NCBI GenBank assembly: GCA_041483895.1
Contig: JBGPGO010000004.1
Location: 1 to 64,000, forward strand
Direction of reading: 5' to 3'
Source: Fimbriimonadia bacterium
GTDB taxonomy: Bacteria; Armatimonadota; Fimbriimonadia; Fimbriimonadales; JABRVX01
DNA: 64,000 nucleotides
Positions 10,113 through 20,462 of the stretch are shown here, one piece after another; positions within the stretch are counted from its first letter, which is position 1; every line of letters starts with the position of its first letter. The position numbers and the translations under genes were made by a program. The notes beneath the pieces were generated by a model, which saw only the letters and a program-made list of their open reading frames with translations, was not told where the DNA came from and searched no databases.

Positions 10113-11303
10113 TTAATTATCTCGCATGGCGAGCGAGCGCACCATCTGCAATTGGGAGACGACTAGTCGAAAAGCGTTGTAGGTCCGTTGCGTGAATGTT
10201 GCCAATGTCGTGTCGGCCGCCTTGGCGTCGTCGGAGGTCAGCTCGACGATCTTATTGTCCCGAACGCTGACAAATCCGGACGGGTCCCACGTCAATTCAT
10301 ACCGTTCCGGTTCGGAATCGAGGGCAGCATTGATTCGATCGAGCTCCGCTTCGGCGCGGGCCATTTTCGCGGGATCGGCGCCGGCGGGCATGCGGACGAT
10401 GGCCTGGTTGCCAACATAAATCACTTGATATTCCTTGTCGCCGTCCTTGACAATCTTTGCCTGCGCCCGAAGGCTCGTCGACACAGCGCTTCGATGAACG
10501 GGAATTTTCGCTTCCGCCAGGTAGCGGTAGATGTTCTTGGCCCGCAGCCCGGTCGGCGGATGTGTCCGGTAGATGCCCCAGTCAATGGCGGGCTGCAATT
10601 GCTGCTTAGCGCTCAATCGTTCCATAAATGTGAGCATTCCAACCGGGTTGTAGCCGGATTTCAACAGGTACTGGAAACCCGTATGGTCGGCGTCGCTTTC
10701 CGCCTCCTGCGTGTACGCGTTGGTTCGGGCCGTCTGATAGAGCTGGACTCCGGTGATCAGGTTGGCATTGTTTTGCGCTCCGCCGCCGCTGAGGATCGCA
10801 GCGAGCAGGCCGCCGAGCAGTGATTCGCGCAGAGCCTTGTCCGCGTCGGAGCTGAGCTTGAGCATGTGGTGATGCGCGGCGTGGGCGATCTCGTGGGCCA
10901 GCACACCGGCCAGCTCGTCATCGCTTTCGGCAAATTTGATGAGACCGGTGTTCAGGAAAATGAAGCCGCCGGGAAGCGAGAATGCGTTTACGTCATCGTC
11001 CTCGATGACTCGGAATTCGTATTTGAATTCGCTGAGATGGTCGAACCCGTACATGGCAGGAACCTTATCGGTTCGCGCAATCGGAGCCAAAGCATCGCCG
11101 ATTTTCTGGATGCGAGCTATGATGGCGGGGTCCTTGCAGATCTTGGCCTCTTTTTCGACGTCGGCCAACGCTTTGACGCCGATGTCGATCTCCTTTTGGT
11201 CCTGCTTCTTCTGCTTGTCGTCATCGCCGCCGGCCCAGGCGGACGCAACGAAAAGCAGAATGCAGAGGAATTGGGCAAGTGTCTTCATCAATTGTTTAGA
11301 CAT
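10113..11303 (-). CDS. Secreted M48 family metallopeptidase
   Basis: [28 protein letters not shown]. Confidence 0.9.
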   Translation of the reverse strand: MSKQLMKTLAQFLCILLFVASAWAGGDDDKQKKQDQKEIDIGVKALADVEKEAKICKDPAIIARIQKIGDALAPIARTDKVPAMYGFDHLSEFKYEFRVIEDDDVNAFSLPGGFIFLNTGLIKFAESDDELAGVLAHEIAHAAHHHMLKLSSDADKALRESLLGGLLAAILSGGGAQNNANLITGVQLYQTARTNAYTQEAESDADHTGFQYLLKSGYNPVGMLTFMERLSAKQQLQPAIDWGIYRTHPPTGLRAKNIYRYLAEAKIPVHRSAVSTSLRAQAKIVKDGDKEYQVIYVGNQAIVRMPAGADPAKMARAEAELDRINAALDSEPERYELTWDPSGFVSVRDNKIVELTSDDAKAADTTLATFTQRTYNAFRLVVSQLQMVRSLAMRDN

Positions 11304-11432
11304 TCTACTACCGGCTACGTGTCACATGGTCCCAAAGTGGCCGTATTTGCCTTCTTTCGTCTCCAGCCATTGGAAACGTGGGGTCACTCACGCTATTCAT
11401 CGCGTCCGACTTCCGGTAGAATCTATGCGCGA

Positions 11433-13235
11433 ATGAACTTCGACCAGACGCTCATCCGAAACTTCTGTATCATCGCCCACATCGATCACGGCAAATCCAC
11501 CTTGGCCGACCGTATCCTGGAGCGGACCGGAGCGATTCGCGGCGAAGCGCAGCAGCAGATGCTCGATTCAATGGACCTGGAACGGGAGCGGGGCATTACG
11601 ATCAAGATGACCGCTGTCAGCCTTTCCTATCGAGCCAAGGACGGCAAGACCTATCAATTCAATCTGATCGACACCCCCGGGCATGTGGATTTTACGTATG
11701 AAGTGTCCCGGAGCCTGGCCGCGTGTGAGGGGGCGCTGCTTGTGGTGGACGCCTCCCAAGGGGTGGAGGCCCAAACGATTGCAAACGCCAGCATGGCGAT
11801 GAATAGCAACTTGGAAATCGTTCCGGTCATCAACAAGATCGACTTGCCCGTGGCGGATGTGGAGCGGACCAAGGAGGAGATCGAGCATGCGCTGGCCATT
11901 CCGGCCGATGACGCGATCCTGGTCAGCGCCAAGACCGGTCTCGGTCTCGATGAACTGTTGGAAGCCGTGGTCCATAGAATTCCGCCTCCAATAGGTGATC
12001 CCAATGCGCCGCTGCGCGCCCTTATCTTCGATTCGCATTTCGATTCCTACCAGGGCGCCGTGGCCTACATCCGGATCGTGGACGGCGCCATTCGGCGGGG
12101 CGAACGGATACAGATGATGGCTGCCGGAAGTGTGTATGAAGTGCATCAGGTCGGAGTTTTTCGGCCAAAGATGGAGTTCACGGACGAACTCCGAACCGGC
12201 CAGGTCGGATTCATGACCGCGAGCATAAAAGGGATGGCGGAGGTCAATGTCGGCGACACAATCACCGACGCGGAAAATCCCACCAAAGAACCGCTGCACG
12301 GCTATCGAAAGGCGCAGCCCATGGTCTACTGCGGTCTCTATCCGACCGATGGGGAGAGCTATACGGACCTGCGGGACGCGATCGAGAAGCTTCACCTAAA
12401 CGATGCATCGATCTTTTATGAGCCGGAGACCTCCGAGGCCCTCGGTTTTGGATTTCGCTGCGGATTTCTTGGTCTGCTGCACATGGACATCGCGCGGGAG
12501 CGGCTTGAGCGGGAGTTCGGCCTTGATCTGATTTTGACAGCGCCGACGGTTGTGTTTCGCGTCCGCACGACTGACGGGCAGTGGACGGACATTTCCAACC
12601 CGGCCGACTGGCCGGAATCCCATCTGCTAGAGGTCATCGAGGAGCCGACCGTGGACGCGACGGTGATCGTGCCCACCGAATTTGTGGGCGCGGTGATGAA
12701 GCTTGCGCAGGATCGAAGGGGAACCTACGTGAAGATGGAATACCCGAGCCAGAACCGCGCGATCCTGCACTACCGGCTGCCGATGGCCGAGATATTGATG
12801 GACTTTTTCGATGCGCTGAAAGGCTCGACGAAGGGCTATGCGAGCTTGGACTATGAATTCGCGGGGTGGGTGCCGGCGAAGATGGTGAAGGTGAACATTC
12901 TGCTGAACATGGAGCCGGTGGACGCGCTCTCCTTTATCACGCACGTGGACAAATCCTACTACCGGGCCCGCGCAATGGTGGACCGCCTTCGGAAAGTCGT
13001 CCCACGGCAGCAGTTTGAGGTCCGGATCCAGGCGGCGATCGGGGCGAAAGTGATCGCGGCGGAGTCTATTCGTCCGTTCCGCAAGGATGTGATTGCGAAG
13101 TGCTACGGCGGCGACATAACGCGCAAGCGCAAGCTGCTGGAAAAACAGAAGGCGGGCAAGAAGCGGATGAAGAACATCGGGGCGGTGGAGGTCCCGCAAG
13201 AGGCATTCTTGAGCGTTCTGAAGATTGCGGAATGA
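11433..13235 (+). CDS. lepA: Elongation factor 4 (LepA)
   Basis: [45 protein letters not shown]. Confidence 0.98.
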   Translation: MNFDQTLIRNFCIIAHIDHGKSTLADRILERTGAIRGEAQQQMLDSMDLERERGITIKMTAVSLSYRAKDGKTYQFNLIDTPGHVDFTYEVSRSLAACEGALLVVDASQGVEAQTIANASMAMNSNLEIVPVINKIDLPVADVERTKEEIEHALAIPADDAILVSAKTGLGLDELLEAVVHRIPPPIGDPNAPLRALIFDSHFDSYQGAVAYIRIVDGAIRRGERIQMMAAGSVYEVHQVGVFRPKMEFTDELRTGQVGFMTASIKGMAEVNVGDTITDAENPTKEPLHGYRKAQPMVYCGLYPTDGESYTDLRDAIEKLHLNDASIFYEPETSEALGFGFRCGFLGLLHMDIARERLEREFGLDLILTAPTVVFRVRTTDGQWTDISNPADWPESHLLEVIEEPTVDATVIVPTEFVGAVMKLAQDRRGTYVKMEYPSQNRAILHYRLPMAEILMDFFDALKGSTKGYASLDYEFAGWVPAKMVKVNILLNMEPVDALSFITHVDKSYYRARAMVDRLRKVVPRQQFEVRIQAAIGAKVIAAESIRPFRKDVIAKCYGGDITRKRKLLEKQKAGKKRMKNIGAVEVPQEAFLSVLKIAE

Positions 13236-13248
13236 GGCACAATTAGGC

Positions 13249-14601
13249 ATGGCCAAACGCTTGTGGGACAAGGGGGAGCCGATCGATGCCCGGATGCAGC
13301 GGCTCACCGTCGGGAACGATCCGCAGGTGGATCTCACCCTCGTAACGTTCGATTGCATAGGTTCGGCCGCGCATGCCCGGATGCTGGCGAAGATCGGACT
13401 GCTGTCGCACGCCGAGCTGCGGGCCCTCTTAACGGGGTTGAAGAAGCTCTACGAAGAAAGCGTGGCCGGTAAATTCGAGATTTCGCAGGACTTGGAAGAC
13501 TGCCACACCGCCATTGAGGCGAGACTGACCCAGGTCGCCGGCGAGGCGGGTAAGCGAATTCATACGGGACGTTCTCGCAACGATCAGGTGATTCTGGCCA
13601 TGCGGCTCTATCTTCGGAATCGGACTTTGTTCCTCCTTGGGCGGCTTGTCGACGTTGCTGGTCTGTTCTTTGAGCGATTTGAATCGGACGGACACCTCCC
13701 GATGCCCGGCACCACGCACATGCAGCGCGCAATGCCGTCGAGCGTGGGATTGTGGCTGCACGCGTTTGCCGAGGGCTGCATCGATTCCATCCGGTCCGGA
13801 ATGCATCTGCTGGACGAGCTGGATTCCAACCCCCTTGGGTCGGCGGCCGGGTTCGGGGTGCCGTTCCCTTTGGATAGGCAGTACGTGGCGGAGCTTCTCG
13901 GGTTTTCCCGGGTGGATCGCAGCGTAGTTGATGTCCAGAATCGCAGAGGCAGAGACGAGGGCAGGTTCCTCTCCTGGTGCTCGGAGATCGCCGGGCTGCT
14001 GGAAAAGTTCGGGTGGGACATCGTACTGTTTTCCACCGATGAATTCGGCTTCGTTTCACTTCCTGGTCAGCTCACCACCGGATCGTCGATCATGCCGCAA
14101 AAGCGCAATCCCGATCTTGCGGAAATGCTTCGCGGACGGGCTGCACGGGTACGCGGCGCGGCTTCCGAGTTGCAATGGGCGGCGGCAAAACTGCCTTCGA
14201 ATTATCACCGGGACCTCCAATACACGAAAGATCCAACGATGAGGGGAGCGGCGGAAACGGCGGATATGCTGGAGATGACGGAGCTTCTTGTTCAGGGCTT
14301 GGAGTTCAACGCCGCGCGGCTGCAGGCGGCAATGGGAGAGGAACTGTACGCCACATATGATGCCTTTCGCCGCGTTCAGACAGGAACGCCCTTCCGCGAA
14401 GCCTACCGCCAAACAGCCGACGCCCTCGCAAAGGGTGAATTGCGGGTCGGGGATCTGTCCAGCGACTTTAGTATGATCGCCGAAGCGACCAAACTGTCAG
14501 TTGCTGAAGCAGTGGCAGAACTGGACAAATGGCGGTCTCTGTGGGAAGGACACAGACTCGTGATCGAGACCGTCGAAGAAATCGTCTTCGAAGACCTCTA
14601 A
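13249..14601 (+). CDS. argH: Argininosuccinate lyase
   Basis: HTGRSRNDQV, TTGSSIMPQKRNPD. Confidence 0.95.
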   Translation: MAKRLWDKGEPIDARMQRLTVGNDPQVDLTLVTFDCIGSAAHARMLAKIGLLSHAELRALLTGLKKLYEESVAGKFEISQDLEDCHTAIEARLTQVAGEAGKRIHTGRSRNDQVILAMRLYLRNRTLFLLGRLVDVAGLFFERFESDGHLPMPGTTHMQRAMPSSVGLWLHAFAEGCIDSIRSGMHLLDELDSNPLGSAAGFGVPFPLDRQYVAELLGFSRVDRSVVDVQNRRGRDEGRFLSWCSEIAGLLEKFGWDIVLFSTDEFGFVSLPGQLTTGSSIMPQKRNPDLAEMLRGRAARVRGAASELQWAAAKLPSNYHRDLQYTKDPTMRGAAETADMLEMTELLVQGLEFNAARLQAAMGEELYATYDAFRRVQTGTPFREAYRQTADALAKGELRVGDLSSDFSMIAEATKLSVAEAVAELDKWRSLWEGHRLVIETVEEIVFEDL

Positions 14602-15227
14602 AACGCCATCCCCTCGTAGTCCCTGAGCAGACCGATCACTTTGCCGACCACGAAAGAATTCTCGTCCTGCACCTGCATGCGCTCGTAGGCGGCGTTTGCC
14701 GGGACCAGCCAGGTCTGACCCTTGTCAAAATGAATGGTCTTCACAGTTGCCTCTTCGCCCAGCATCACAGCCACCGTATCCCCATGATTGGCGGTCTGCT
14801 GCGGCTTGATGACGACCAGATCGCGCGGCAGAATTCCGAGGCCCGTCATGGAGTCGCCTTTTATGCGGAGCAAAAATGCCCCTTGGATATTGCGCACCAT
14901 CTGTTGGGGCACCGGGATCATATCCTCTACGTTTTCGCTGGCGTAGATCGGCGAACCGGCGGCGATTGCGCCGACCAGCGGCAGCATCGTCACGCGATGC
15001 TCGGACTGGTATTCCGGATGGATGATTTGAATGCTTCGGGGCGTATTGCCCCGCTGGATGTATGCTTTGCGTTGCAGCGCATCCAGATGAACGGTTACGC
15101 CTCGGAGGCTTCCAATGCCAAACGCCTTGCCGATCTCCCGTATGGAGGGCGGATAGCCGTGTCCTTGGACATAGTCCACGATGAACTGCAAGATGGCTTC
15201 CTGTCGCTTTGTAAGTCCTCGCGTCAT
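14598..15227 (-). CDS. lexA: SOS repressor LexA
   Basis: LTKRQ..IL, PPSIREIG, AAG cleavage site, GDSM (catalytic Ser), TVK (catalytic Lys). Confidence 0.95.
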   Translation of the reverse strand: MTRGLTKRQEAILQFIVDYVQGHGYPPSIREIGKAFGIGSLRGVTVHLDALQRKAYIQRGNTPRSIQIIHPEYQSEHRVTMLPLVGAIAAGSPIYASENVEDMIPVPQQMVRNIQGAFLLRIKGDSMTGLGILPRDLVVIKPQQTANHGDTVAVMLGEEATVKTIHFDKGQTWLVPANAAYERMQVQDENSFVVGKVIGLLRDYEGMAF

Positions 15228-15251
15228 TCGTCAACCTCTTTTCGTTTCAAT

Positions 15252-15281
15252 AGTGTATACGAATGTCGGGTGCTTTGTCAA
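15252..15281 (-). promoter_or_regulatory. Sigma70-type promoter of lexA
   Basis: Minus-strand TTGACA-N18-TACACT. Confidence 0.6.
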
Positions 15282-15431
15282 GGAATGTGTGCAGTTTTTT
15301 CAAAATTGCCCAAAAAATGGGAACGGCATGGGCCGTGCTTGCGATAGAAGTCAAAGGGTCTTGGTCTCTCACGCATGCTACAATGGTGGGCTGATTTCCA
15401 GGTCATTTCGCATATTTCGAGGAGTATGGCT

Positions 15432-17219
15432 ATGTCAATTACCGGTATTCGCAATTTTTTCGGCAAGCAAATGCAGTGGCTCATGATCGGCCTCGGCATT
15501 CTTATGCTCTTGTCGATGGGGGCATATTTCGGCAATCGAGGGCTTGGCGGAGGACCCAATGCCGGAACGAACGAGGTATTCGCGGTAATCGAGGGCGAAC
15601 CGGTCACGCGAGCCGATTTTGATGCAAGTGTCAAGAAGGCTGAATCCCAGAGTGGGGGCAGGGTCACACCCGAAGTGGCGTTCCGGGCGCGAGTAAGCGC
15701 ATTGCGGGCGATTGTCGATCAGAAAGCTATGGTGGCGGAGGCGAAACGGCGAAAGATTCGCGTGGACGACACTATGGTTATCAATACCATCAAGGACAAC
15801 ATTGCAAAAGCCATTCAGCAGCAGAAGAAGCAGTTTGTGGCGCAACAAAAGCTGACGCCGGATGCGACAGATGCGCAGGTCAAAGAGCTGATCCGCAAAG
15901 AAAACGACGTAAACCCGGACGAAACCATAAAGAAGCAGATCGAAGCAGCGGAACAGGATTTGCAGAAGCCCGACCTGCAACAAGAGTATTTTGATCAAGT
16001 CGCAACGGTAATCATGCAGAAACAGGTCCAAGATGAGGTCAAGGTCACGGAGCAAGACTACCTGCGGGCAAACGAGCCGATTACAATGCGAAAGATTCTG
16101 ATTAACAAGGCTCCGCACCCTGATGCCAAGCAGTTGATTGACAAGGCCCTGCAGGAGATTAAGTCTGGGACCCCTTTTGGGGATGTTGCCGAAAAGTACT
16201 CCGACGAGAAGCCTGCCGGATTGCCGGGTCAGCAGCAATTGCCCAAGGGCCAGGACCCGCCGATTTCTCGAAACTCTCTGGAATTCAATCCGGCCTTGAA
16301 GAGTTTGTACAGCAAGGATGTCGGATATCGATCGGACGTCATGGACCTTGGCACCGCATACGCAATCTACACAATACTCAAGGTTGACCCGGCAAAGACG
16401 CCAAAAGACTTTGAAAAGAACAAGTCGGCCATCCTCGAGGAGTATCGGAGCAACCGGGGAGGGCGCCACTTTGACGAATGGCAGCGCAGCAAGCTCATAA
16501 CAGCCAGGGTCGAATTCCGAAGCGATGTTTGGAAACTGTATTATCAGTTTATGATCAGCGAGGTTAAAGCCTATTCCAGTGAAGACAGATTGGCACCGGA
16601 ACAAAAGGTCGCCCAGCAGGCCGAGCTGATGAAGAAGTGTGAACCGATCGTGGACAAGAAAGGCACTGATTGGCAAGACGCCCTGCTTATGGAATCCTAT
16701 TTTGCGCGGATGATCGCCTCCGATCCCGCGACCAAGGACCTCAAGTTGAAGGATGAGGCGACGGCGATCCATGATAAGACGCTTCCCTTGCTGCTGGATG
16801 CGTGGCCGGACCCATCGCTTCGAATGGAATACGCCGCGGAATTGATCGTTCGCAAAGAATATGCGAAAGCGCTCAAGAACATTCGCAAAGCCCAAAAAAT
16901 GGCATACAATCCGACCAATCAGGAGGACATCGGTATCCAGACCAAATGCTATTCCGCACTAATGAAGTTGCAAAAGGAAGGCGTCAAAGACCCGGAACTT
17001 GACAAGGGTCTCTCGGAGTTTCAAACCTTCCAGGCCAAAGCAATGGAGATCATGCAAAAGCAGCAGGAACAGCAGCGCAAGCAGCAAGCGGAGATGGATA
17101 AAGCGCGCAAAGAGATTCAGGATAAGCGGAAAGCCGAGGCGGCCGGTCAGAAGCCCGCTCCTGGATCGGCCGACAAGAAGCCCTCCACCGAAAAGCCGAA
17201 GGACGGAAAGTCCAAGTAG
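15432..17219 (+). CDS. SurA/PrsA-like membrane-anchored foldase (SurA N-terminal and parvulin-like domains, helical C-terminus)
   Basis: N-terminal TM, A.IEGEPVTRADF, RKILI, FGDVAEKYSDE; RBS GAGGAG. Confidence 0.7.
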   Translation: MSITGIRNFFGKQMQWLMIGLGILMLLSMGAYFGNRGLGGGPNAGTNEVFAVIEGEPVTRADFDASVKKAESQSGGRVTPEVAFRARVSALRAIVDQKAMVAEAKRRKIRVDDTMVINTIKDNIAKAIQQQKKQFVAQQKLTPDATDAQVKELIRKENDVNPDETIKKQIEAAEQDLQKPDLQQEYFDQVATVIMQKQVQDEVKVTEQDYLRANEPITMRKILINKAPHPDAKQLIDKALQEIKSGTPFGDVAEKYSDEKPAGLPGQQQLPKGQDPPISRNSLEFNPALKSLYSKDVGYRSDVMDLGTAYAIYTILKVDPAKTPKDFEKNKSAILEEYRSNRGGRHFDEWQRSKLITARVEFRSDVWKLYYQFMISEVKAYSSEDRLAPEQKVAQQAELMKKCEPIVDKKGTDWQDALLMESYFARMIASDPATKDLKLKDEATAIHDKTLPLLLDAWPDPSLRMEYAAELIVRKEYAKALKNIRKAQKMAYNPTNQEDIGIQTKCYSALMKLQKEGVKDPELDKGLSEFQTFQAKAMEIMQKQQEQQRKQQAEMDKARKEIQDKRKAEAAGQKPAPGSADKKPSTEKPKDGKSK

Positions 17220-17236
17220 GCTCCCATTTGCGAACC

Positions 17237-17263
17237 CGGCCCCGGTCTTCCGGGGCCGCTTTT
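17237..17263 (+). terminator. Rho-independent terminator
   Basis: CGGCCCCGG-TCTT-CCGGGGCCG followed by CTTTT, after the foldase gene. Confidence 0.7.
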
Positions 17264-17292
17264 CATTTGGTGGGTAGAATCCCGCTTGGCAT

Positions 17293-17868
17293 ATGGCCGG
17301 ACTAAAGATTCTCATCGCCGACGACGACCCTATTATTCGTCTGGACCTGCGTAAGACGCTTGAGAGTTTGGGCTACACAGTGGTCGCCGAGGCTGGGGAC
17401 GGCGCACAGGCAGTCGAAATGGCGGACCAAATGAGACCCGATCTTTGCATCTTGGACGTCACGATGCCGAACATGGACGGGATCGAGGCGATGTCCCAAA
17501 TCACGGACGCGGGCATCGCGCCTTGTATCCTTTTAACGGGCTATTCGGACAAGGAGTTGGTCGATCGAGCATCGCATAGCGGTGCATTCGCCTATTTGGT
17601 CAAACCGTACAAAGCGAACGAGCTGACGCCGACGATAGAAGTGGCGCGGGCGCGATTCAACCAGGAAACCGCTCTTCGAAAAGAGGTCGATAGCCTGGAA
17701 GAGCGGCTGTTTACTCGCAAATTGGTCGATCAGGCGAAGGGAATCCTGATGCGGGAGCATAATCTGGATGAGGCGGAAGCGTACCGGCGCATCCAGGTCC
17801 AGAGCATGAATACCCGAAAGACGATGAAGCAGGTGGCGGAGGCCATCATATTGGCGTTCGGCGTGTAA
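17293..17868 (+). CDS. Response regulator with ANTAR domain (PdtaR/AmiR-like)
   Basis: IADDD, ILDV.MP, KP; C-terminal RKLVDQAKGILM...EAEAY..IQ..SM. Confidence 0.92.
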   Translation: MAGLKILIADDDPIIRLDLRKTLESLGYTVVAEAGDGAQAVEMADQMRPDLCILDVTMPNMDGIEAMSQITDAGIAPCILLTGYSDKELVDRASHSGAFAYLVKPYKANELTPTIEVARARFNQETALRKEVDSLEERLFTRKLVDQAKGILMREHNLDEAEAYRRIQVQSMNTRKTMKQVAEAIILAFGV

Positions 17869-17927
17869 CGCTGGCTTCCAGCCGGCACAGGAAAGCGTAA
17901 CGCTGGCTTCTAGCCGGCAGGAAAAGC
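17865..17927. repeat. Tandem REP-like units GTAACGCTGGCTTC(C/T)AGCCGGCA
   Basis: Two direct copies; same family as 44501-44654. Confidence 0.75.
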
Positions 17928-17960
17928 GCATCGAATGCCCGCGCAACTGAGGAGGAACGG

Positions 17961-19148
17961 ATGACTGAGGTTATCATGGCAAAATTCGGCGATGGAATGG
18001 AGGAAGGCACCCTGCTGGAGTGGCTGAAATCCGAAGGCGACAAGGTGAAGGCCGAAGAGCCGATCGCCAACATCCAGACCGACAAAGCCATCGTCGAACT
18101 TCCCGCCCCGGCCTCCGGCAAATTGGCCGGCCTCCTGGTCAAGCCGGAAACCACCGTCGCGGTCGGCAAGACCATCGCCGCTATCCTCGCCGAAGGCGAG
18201 TCCCTGCCCAAGGATTGGGGTGGCAACGGAGCGGCCACCCCGAAGATCGAAGCCTCGGAAAAACCAAAGACCCCGGTTCCAGAGGCGCCAAAAGCTGCAG
18301 CCACACCCGAAACCAATGGCGGCCGGGCCAAAGTCTCTCCGCTCGCGCGCAAGATTGCCGAATCGCTGGGAGTCGATATTTCGCGGATCCAGGGCAGCGG
18401 CCCCGGCGGACGGATTGTCGAGAAAGATGTGCGATCGTTCCAAGATTCGGGCGCCGTCTCGCCAACCGGGAAGCCGCAAGAGTTGTCCCGCCTCCGGAAG
18501 CTGATCGCCGAACACACCCTCCAGGCCACGCGCGAACAACCGCATTTTTACGTGACGGTCGAGGTGGACGTGGATAGCCTGATGGAGCTGCGAGCGCAGA
18601 TGAACGAGGCCGATCCGAATCGAAAGATATCCGTCAACGATTTCGTATTGAAGGCCGCGACGCGGTCGCTGCAGGACATGCCGGAGGTTAATTCTAACTA
18701 TGACAAAGGGAAGTGGGTGGTTTCGCCTTCCGTCAACATCGGCATGGCCGTCGCGACCGACGCGGGCCTGCTTGTTCCGGTCATCAAGAACTGCGAATCG
18801 AAATCGATCCGCCAGTTATCGATGGCGTCTAAAGAATTGGCGATGAAGGCGCGGGACAACCGGCTGTCACTGGACGAAATCACCGGCAGCACCTTCAGCA
18901 TCACCAACATGGGCATGCTGGGCGTGGACAACTTCGCGGCCATCATCAACTATCCGAACGGGGCGATCGTCGCGGTGGGCACAGCGCGAAGAATCCCGGC
19001 GGTATTGCCGAATGACGCGATTGCCCCTCGCTGGAAAATGAACCTTACCGGTTCCTTTGACCATCGGACGCTCGACGGGGCGATCGGGGCGAAGTTCATG
19101 AACCTCCTTCGCGACGGTCTGCAAAAGCCGATCAGCCTTCTCGAGTAG
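17961..19148 (+). CDS. 2-oxoacid dehydrogenase E2 (dihydrolipoamide acyltransferase)
   Basis: Lipoyl motif QTDKA, E3-binding SPLARK...GSGPGGRI, catalytic DHRTLDG. Confidence 0.93.
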   Translation: MTEVIMAKFGDGMEEGTLLEWLKSEGDKVKAEEPIANIQTDKAIVELPAPASGKLAGLLVKPETTVAVGKTIAAILAEGESLPKDWGGNGAATPKIEASEKPKTPVPEAPKAAATPETNGGRAKVSPLARKIAESLGVDISRIQGSGPGGRIVEKDVRSFQDSGAVSPTGKPQELSRLRKLIAEHTLQATREQPHFYVTVEVDVDSLMELRAQMNEADPNRKISVNDFVLKAATRSLQDMPEVNSNYDKGKWVVSPSVNIGMAVATDAGLLVPVIKNCESKSIRQLSMASKELAMKARDNRLSLDEITGSTFSITNMGMLGVDNFAAIINYPNGAIVAVGTARRIPAVLPNDAIAPRWKMNLTGSFDHRTLDGAIGAKFMNLLRDGLQKPISLLE

Positions 19149-19683
19149 CCGCTTCCAAAGACTCTAGAATCGGAAGCAGCGCTCGTCCTCGTGGGCTTAA
19201 CGTGTATTGCGGGGTGGGCGGGTATCCCTCGCTTACCTGCCGGACGAGGAGCCCCGCGGATTGGAGGTCTTTGAGGGCCTGGGTGAGCGCCCTTGACGTA
19301 ATGTCGGGGATAGCCGCTTTGATGTCTGAAAAGCGCGCGTTTTCCACCGCCATCAGAACCGGCATGGACCACTTATTCAGACCGATCTCCTCAGCCGATC
19401 CCAGCTCTGGTCGGAGATCAGCGCAGATGGAGGCGATTTGCCGGCCCGCTTCGGTCAGGATGTACTCTGGGCGGAGCGGGTGGCCATACCCTGGATTTTT
19501 CATCACCCAACCGGCTTCGGTGATTGCTATAAGGGTATGGGCCAGCGAGTCGCGGCTGATCCCCAGACGGTTGACGAGGGTGATGAACTTGCTGCCATCC
19601 GTCCGGGACAGCTCCGCCAGCACCGGGACAGACCAGCGGTGGTGAAAGAGCCGTATGAGCCTTTCCGGGACTTTTTTCCTCAT
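19132..19683 (-). CDS. HxlR-family regulator with two tandem winged-helix domains
   Basis: RWSVPVL...LTEAG and KWSMPVL...RFSDI...ITSRALTQALKDL...YTLSPRG. Confidence 0.8.
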   Translation of the reverse strand: MRKKVPERLIRLFHHRWSVPVLAELSRTDGSKFITLVNRLGISRDSLAHTLIAITEAGWVMKNPGYGHPLRPEYILTEAGRQIASICADLRPELGSAEEIGLNKWSMPVLMAVENARFSDIKAAIPDITSRALTQALKDLQSAGLLVRQVSEGYPPTPQYTLSPRGRALLPILESLEAATREG

Positions 19684-19700
19684 TTTTTTTCGCCAAGGTC

Positions 19701-19733
19701 TTGACGTGGAAAAGTATACCTGATATACTTTTC
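19701..19733 (+). promoter_or_regulatory. Sigma70 promoter overlapped by an inverted-repeat operator
   Basis: TTGACG-N17-TATACT; GAAAAGTATA-N5-TATACTTTTC at 19709-19733. Confidence 0.7.
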
Positions 19734-19832
19734 GTACTATCAGTAAGTCCGTAGCCGAGGGTCCGAATGGCAGCCACTTGACGAAGGCACCGACCCAAAG
19801 CCCTCGGTGAGATCACAAAATGGAGGAGAATA

Positions 19833-20249
19833 ATGGCTAACGTGGCAACTGAAACCGGGAGGCAAGGAATGGCGAACCGAGTGAACTATAAGGGCGATCT
19901 GACCGCGTGGTATTGCGTTTCGGACATGATCAAGGCAATCGAGTGGTACCAGAACGTGCTGGGCTTCAAGCTCCAGTACAAGATGGACGAGATGGGCTGG
20001 TGCGAGATGGAAACCGGCGCGGAGCGCGTCTCGCTGGGCCTATCGCAGACCGAGAAAGTGGAAAAGGGCGGCGGCGCGGTTCTGGTCTTCGGCGTGACCG
20101 ATATCGAATCGGCGGTCGCTTCGCTGAAAGAACAGGGAGTTAAGTTCGACGGGGACATCAAGGTGCATGAGGGGTTTGTCAAACTGGCGACCTTCTACGA
20201 TCCGGACGGCAACACCCTGATGTTCTCTCAGAGTTTGACGGGAAATTAA
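19833..20249 (+). CDS. VOC/glyoxalase family protein
   Basis: VSD..KAIEWY..VLGF, F.V.DIE.A...L...GV, F.DPDGN; RBS GGAGGAG. Confidence 0.9.
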   Translation: MANVATETGRQGMANRVNYKGDLTAWYCVSDMIKAIEWYQNVLGFKLQYKMDEMGWCEMETGAERVSLGLSQTEKVEKGGGAVLVFGVTDIESAVASLKEQGVKFDGDIKVHEGFVKLATFYDPDGNTLMFSQSLTGN

Positions 20250-20250
20250 G

Positions 20251-20336
20251 CCCCCACCCCAACCCTCCCCCGCAAGCGGGGGAGGGGGTAACCCCCTTCT
20301 TCACCCGCGATGCGACCGGTCTCCTGACCGAGTCGC
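20251..20336. repeat. Composite REP-like element (CCCTCCCCC..GGGGGAGGG hairpin plus GATGCGACCGGTCTCCTGACCGAGTCGC)
   Basis: Same composite order recurs at 56980-57108. Confidence 0.75.
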
Positions 20337-20462
20337 AAGTCGGGAGGCGAGGGAGTCCGGAGGGCTCAGTCACACATTGGAGAGCTCTGTTCCATCGGAG
20401 CCGGACTCGTAGTTGAACCATATCGGCGATGTCGGCCGTCCATTTATTGGGAGGCATCCGAC

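Noticed and set aside
10866..11432. Long N-terminal extensions of lepA, and similarly mqnE, arginase, rnhB and the 59850 ORF
   Set aside because: They overlap real genes on the opposite or neighbouring frame; artefacts of longest-ORF calling in GC-rich DNA
15435..16895. 486-aa antisense ORF and other long shadow ORFs such as 35787-37241
   Set aside because: Antisense or alternative-frame shadows of well-supported genes, with no motifs
19754..19808. SAH riboswitch or glmS ribozyme
   Set aside because: Only superficial matches (CCGAGG..CTCGG, TTGACGA); conserved cores are absent and the gene context is wrong
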